From the IMG/VR virus record IMGVR_UViG_3300045988_097193: 33,013 nt of DNA. The stretch is one strand, 5' to 3'. The notes below the pieces were generated by a model. The model was not told where the DNA came from. It did not search any database and saw nothing but the letters and a program-made list of their open reading frames with translations. Of this stretch, positions 29,163-33,013 are shown piece after piece; positions within the stretch are counted from its first letter, which is position 1, and each line of letters opens with the position of its first letter. The stretch comes from a virus. A program made the translations under genes and the position numbers.

Positions 29163-30848
29163 TTAAATGACCTGAACCGTGAAGTCAGGCATTTGATTGA
29201 ATACAACGTCCTGCTGAAGCAAGTATACGGCGTTGATAAGCGAAACCACCATATCGACCTTGCCCTTCGACTTTTTCTTGTGGACGTACATGTTTTTATT
29301 CGTGTCGTATGAGCAGCGTGCGTTTTGGAAGTTGATTTCAAGCAGCTTGTTGTCGGTGTACTCGAACTCGCCGCAAAGAATCTTCTCACTCAGAAGTTTC
29401 GTCGGCGGATGGAGCACGCTCGAGTGCTGCCTGATTTCTACGGTGTTGTAGCCCGCGCCCTCCAGCTTCTGCGCCGTGCTGAGCGCGTTCCATCGGTCAT
29501 AGCCGATTGCCTGCACTTGCACGCCGTACTTTTCCTCGATGCCGAGAATGAAGTCCTCGACAACCTTGTAGTCGATAACCCTGTCACCGCAGGCGATGCA
29601 CTTCCCAGCTCTTACGAACTCGTTGTAGTCGATTTTCTCGTATGCGTTCTTCTCGGGGATGCGGCCCTCTGGAACGAACGCGAATACGTCCGCCAGAATG
29701 TTGCCGTCATCGTCGGCGGCAACCATCGCCACGGCAGTGTTATCGTTCGTCTCGGAAAGGTCTAGCCCGAGATACACTACGCGGCCCTTCCAGTCTATGT
29801 CTGCTACCTTGCATGCCTGCACGTCTGCGACGTCGATGAACGTCTCCGTGCCCTGCCCTTGGTAGATGATGTTGCAGTGCTTGGTCAGGAAGTTCTCGCG
29901 TGCCGATTCGACCGCGATTGCGTAGGCCCGCTTCCTCTTCAGGTCTTCCCAGATTTCGGGTATCTCCAGACTCACTGGGTTGGCGTGGCGCATGACCAAA
30001 TCGTCGGTCATCCAATCCTTCGTATCGTCAGGCTCGTAGAGCAAGGCGAACAGCGTATCATCCTCGGCAATGCCGTCCAGCACTTTCTTGGCGTATGCCA
30101 CCTCGTCCTCGAATGGGTTGTCGATGGTCGGGTACTTGGTGCTGATGATGAAGCCGAGCTTGTTCAGGATGTTGAGCTGGCCCGACTTCATAGCTTCGAC
30201 GGCGTAGCTCGTAGGGAGAGCGCCGACCTCGTCCGCGCAGAAGGCGCTGGGAAGTCGACCATCCATTCGAGACGTTGAATAGCTCAGTGGCACGTATGTC
30301 GAACTCTTCGGCTTGAACGTGATGGACGGGTTCAGAATCTTGAAACGCTTGTTCCCCTTGTACTCGTACACAAGCGGGGACGAGCGCAGCGTCTGCGATA
30401 TGGCTTCGCGAATCTGCCTAGACAACGCCCCGTCTGGCGCGACCGAGAAGAATTCCGCGAATCGCGGCTCGGTCAACATCAGGATGATGAAGATGGTCGC
30501 GACGGTGTAAGTCTTGAAGTTCTTGCGGGCGATTTCCAGAAGCCCGATTTCGTAACGTCGCTTCTCGGGATTGTCGCGGTAGACGGTGCAGAGAACGGCG
30601 ATGTAGAGCAGCCATTGATAGCCAGTCGTGCATTCGTAGAGCGTCTGCCCAGTCTTCAGGCCCTTCGGCATGATAAGCAGCTTCAGGATTGATTCGACTT
30701 GGCGAATCTTTGCGTCGCTGACGAAGTACTTGTCGCTCTTTCCGTCGCAGACGTCCATCCATAGGCGCATCTGTTTTTTAACGTAGCGCGGTGTGGCTTC
30801 CGCGTCTATCGCACGCTCGCAATACTCGTAGCCCTTATTGCTCGCCAT
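29163..30848 (-). CDS. terL: Terminase large subunit (Terminase_1 type)
   Basis: About 561 aa. Nuclease-domain motif VYLGLDLSETNDNTAVAMV. ATG 30848 (GTG 30857 is an alternative) overlaps the TerS end. Confidence 0.9.
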   Translation of the reverse strand: MASNKGYEYCERAIDAEATPRYVKKQMRLWMDVCDGKSDKYFVSDAKIRQVESILKLLIMPKGLKTGQTLYECTTGYQWLLYIAVLCTVYRDNPEKRRYEIGLLEIARKNFKTYTVATIFIILMLTEPRFAEFFSVAPDGALSRQIREAISQTLRSSPLVYEYKGNKRFKILNPSITFKPKSSTYVPLSYSTSRMDGRLPSAFCADEVGALPTSYAVEAMKSGQLNILNKLGFIISTKYPTIDNPFEDEVAYAKKVLDGIAEDDTLFALLYEPDDTKDWMTDDLVMRHANPVSLEIPEIWEDLKRKRAYAIAVESARENFLTKHCNIIYQGQGTETFIDVADVQACKVADIDWKGRVVYLGLDLSETNDNTAVAMVAADDDGNILADVFAFVPEGRIPEKNAYEKIDYNEFVRAGKCIACGDRVIDYKVVEDFILGIEEKYGVQVQAIGYDRWNALSTAQKLEGAGYNTVEIRQHSSVLHPPTKLLSEKILCGEFEYTDNKLLEINFQNARCSYDTNKNMYVHKKKSKGKVDMVVSLINAVYLLQQDVVFNQMPDFTVQVI

Positions 30849-31206
30849 CGCTGTCACCGTTGATTATCGCCATGAGCGGGTCGTAGTCCGCGTCGCGTTC
30901 CTCGTCCTCCTTGGCGAATCCCTTGATGATTTTCATAAGCGTGGTGACCGTGCGGTTGGCGCTGTCCGTGGTCTTGTTGTATTCGGAAACGGCGGGGTTG
31001 ACGTAGATGTTCGCTCGCCCCTTCACGTACTCCTTCGTCACGAGCGTTCCAGTCTCGCGGATTGCCGCTTCAAGCTCGGTGAGATTGTTGAGCTGCACCT
31101 GATAGCGCTTGAACGTTGTCATGAAGAAGAAGTTGGTCTGTACCCCCGTCTCTTCTGCTATCTCCAGTATTTCCTGTGCCTGCTCGTTAAGGCTCTTCTT
31201 TGCCAT
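30835..31206 (-). CDS. terS: Terminase small subunit, P27 family
   Basis: ATG 31206 follows GGAGGTAGGAG. ...FFFMTTFKRYQVQLNNLTELEAAIRETG...NPAVSEYNK... is the P27-type pattern. Confidence 0.8.
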   Translation of the reverse strand: MAKKSLNEQAQEILEIAEETGVQTNFFFMTTFKRYQVQLNNLTELEAAIRETGTLVTKEYVKGRANIYVNPAVSEYNKTTDSANRTVTTLMKIIKGFAKEDEERDADYDPLMAIINGDSDGEQ

Positions 31207-31210
31207 TCTC

Positions 31211-32062
31211 CTACCTCCATTTTCTGTATCTGTCGCTGAGAATCTTTGGCGTGCACGCATTCCAGTCCACGCGATGGTGCATGCGTCTGTGGTGCGCTCC
31301 CATCTCTGCCACCTTCACGGCCTGCGGCGAGAATATGACGCTATAGAACGACTTGACGTATGTCCCGCTATCAAGGTAAAGCCCAGACATACCGCCACCC
31401 TGAGATTGCGTCTGCTTCTGGACAATCTGGACGTTCGCCACAGTGAAGAACAGCCCTCCCTTGTTCCCAAGGCTCGTGTATGTGTTGACGTCCTCATTCA
31501 CCCTGCCGACGAACCAGAACCGCCTTGAGGTCTTGCAGAAGAAGGTGTTCATCGCCTTTCTCGAAAGGCCAGAGTGGAAGAAGCGGTTCGCACCACCAAT
31601 CAGGTCACCGCCCTGCGCAAGCGCGACACTCAGAGCACCAGACGTTTCGAGGAATTCGACCATTGCACTAAACAAAGCGTCAAGCCTGGCTATCGACTTA
31701 ATCATTAGCTTTCCACATTCAGGCCACCTGTACTCGAAGTCGGTGTAATCGTCATCGAGTTCGAGGAAGTATTCCAGACCAAGCTGCTCGGCTAGGTCGA
31801 AGCATACATTGCGCGCATAGACGATTGCTCGTCTGTCCTCCGAAAGGTCTGCCGTGTCAAACTTCTTTGACTCCGCGAGCTTGTCGAACTGTATTACCTT
31901 GTCACCATACAGTTCGCGATACCTGTCTGCCGTGTCATCCCCGTTGTCAATGACGATATACACCTTCCCAGAGTACCCGCCGCGTTCAAGCGATTTCATC
32001 GTGACGATGTTTTCCGGTCTACCGTGCGTGAGGATGAACACAGCGAAGTCGCTACGCATCAT
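31211..32062 (-). CDS. GT-A-fold glycosyltransferase-like protein (about 283 aa)
   Basis: FAVFILTHGRP (beta1-Arg), VYIVIDNGDDTAD (like the GT2 'vvDdgStD'), FLELDDDY (DxD). The start ATG 32062/32059 overlaps the ParB-like gene end. The Arg-rich N-terminal 54 aa of ORF 31211..32224 was rejected. Confidence 0.6.
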   Translation of the reverse strand: MMRSDFAVFILTHGRPENIVTMKSLERGGYSGKVYIVIDNGDDTADRYRELYGDKVIQFDKLAESKKFDTADLSEDRRAIVYARNVCFDLAEQLGLEYFLELDDDYTDFEYRWPECGKLMIKSIARLDALFSAMVEFLETSGALSVALAQGGDLIGGANRFFHSGLSRKAMNTFFCKTSRRFWFVGRVNEDVNTYTSLGNKGGLFFTVANVQIVQKQTQSQGGGMSGLYLDSGTYVKSFYSVIFSPQAVKVAEMGAHHRRMHHRVDWNACTPKILSDRYRKWR

Positions 32063-32798
32063 CCTCACCACTCGCGAAGTCGATGTCCTCTGCAAGCTTC
32101 GCGTACCCCTTGGCGATTGCGTCATCGACGTCGATGATGACGAGCGCGGAATCCTCCATAAGCTCCTGCATCTCGGGCGTCGCGTTGGCGTAGTACTCCG
32201 CGACTTTCCTGTAATTGAAGGCATAGTGTCGGGTAGCCGCCTTGATTAGGAACTCGCGCTCCTCGGGCGTGACGTTCGAGTTCTGAATCCTCATGACCAG
32301 CTCGTTGGCCTTCGAATCGTCAACCAGCTCGTCTATGGATGGGCACTCGCCAGTCGGCTCGTACTGCGGAATGTTCACCTTCTTGGTGTAGGTATCGTCC
32401 GCCTGCGGCTCATCCTCTTCCAGCTCTTCGAAGTCGAACCCGAAGTCAGTCATGTCGATGTCCTCGATGCCATCAAGCTCGATGCCCAGCTTCGCCATGT
32501 CCCACTGCGCAAGCTCACCGGCCTTGTTGTCTGCCAGACGGAACGCCTTCACCTGCTCGGGGGTCAAATCGTCAGCGACGATGACTGGCACCTGCTTCAG
32601 CCCCAGCTTGTGCGCGGCCTTCAGGCGCGTGTGGCCGTTGATGATTACGTTCTCGCCATCAACCACGATGGGAACCTTGAAACCGAACTCCTTGATGCTA
32701 GCGGCCACCGGGTCAACGGCGTTGTCATTCAGCCGTGGGTTGTCGGCATACGGAATCAGCGAATCCGTATCCATGTACGTTACTTTGGTCTTCTCCAT
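32052..32798 (-). CDS. ParB-like nuclease-domain (ParB/Srx N-terminal) protein
   Basis: LIPYADNPRLNDNAVDPVAASIKEFGFKVPIVVD..VIINGHTRLKAA. The C-terminal helical domain is of the kind usually found beside, or fused to, phage DNA methyltransferases. Confidence 0.8.
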   Translation of the reverse strand: MEKTKVTYMDTDSLIPYADNPRLNDNAVDPVAASIKEFGFKVPIVVDGENVIINGHTRLKAAHKLGLKQVPVIVADDLTPEQVKAFRLADNKAGELAQWDMAKLGIELDGIEDIDMTDFGFDFEELEEDEPQADDTYTKKVNIPQYEPTGECPSIDELVDDSKANELVMRIQNSNVTPEEREFLIKAATRHYAFNYRKVAEYYANATPEMQELMEDSALVIIDVDDAIAKGYAKLAEDIDFASGEDDA

Positions 32799-32841
32799 GC
32801 CTTGGAAACTCCCTTCCCGATGTCCTGAAGGCCGTTATGGG

Positions 32842-32913
32842 GTAATCGTATGAAAGAATCCCCGATAATCGCCCTTATTGAATGATAATCGCAGTTTTTG
32901 ACCGATAAACCGC
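32842..32913. repeat. Four phased G(T/A)TAA(T/A)C(C)G(T/C) repeats at 32842, 32864, 32884 and 32904
   Basis: GTAATCGT, GATAATCGC, GATAATCGC, GATAAACCGC, spaced 22/20/20 bp, between the presumed cos region and the ParB-like gene. Confidence 0.7.
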
Positions 32914-32970
32914 TGTTTTCCAAAAAGGCCCTGCAAATGAAAAATTTTATCCCTGTACTTGGGCCTGTTG

Positions 32971-33013
32971 ATAGCGCGGCAGCGCGCCCGAATTCCCACA
33001 GGGTAGGGGGGGG
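32971..33013. repeat. Right copy of the 43-bp direct terminal repeat
   Basis: Identical to 1..43. Confidence 0.95.

Overview
This window is a complete genome of a tailed dsDNA phage with siphovirus-type gene content and an HK97-type head module. Bases 1..43 equal 32971..33013, so it closes into a 32,970-bp circle or carries a short terminal redundancy. GC is high and Shine-Dalgarno sites are strong. The lysin pairs GH25 with CW_7 and LysM, which points to a Gram-positive host, possibly Clostridia; that host call is inference only. All but two of the ~58 genes are on the minus strand. Reading the minus strand down from 32798: ParB-like protein, GT-A glycosyltransferase-like protein, P27-type TerS, TerL, portal, prohead protease, major capsid, connectors, major tail, G/G-T chaperone with an A_AAA_AAC -1 slippery site, tape measure and Dit. 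An extra five-gene fibre cassette follows, then Tal and a collar-domain fibre. Next is a divergent genetic switch: an XRE repressor plus a decayed large serine recombinase on the plus strand, and a Cro-like gene on the minus strand. Then come a recombination/replication module (Gp157-like, Rad52-like SSAP, SSB, NinB-like, dUTPase, DUF1064, replisome organiser with internal iterons, DnaC-like loader) and a sigma-region-4-like late regulator in the lambda-Q position. After it lie an accessory region of small terminator-flanked cassettes and a six-gene PP-loop ATPase operon, then the lysis cassette and an HNH endonuclease beside the presumed cos region. I saw no rRNA, tRNA, CRISPR array or transposase. 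The points most worth follow-up are the glycosyltransferase in the ParB/terminase operon, the repeat-flanked cassette array with recombination scars (a frameshifted DUF3310 gene, a 50-bp ectopic patch, an ORF with ACG at its start position), the recombinase remnant and the coupled PP-loop operon. All family names come from motif recognition by eye; no searches were run.
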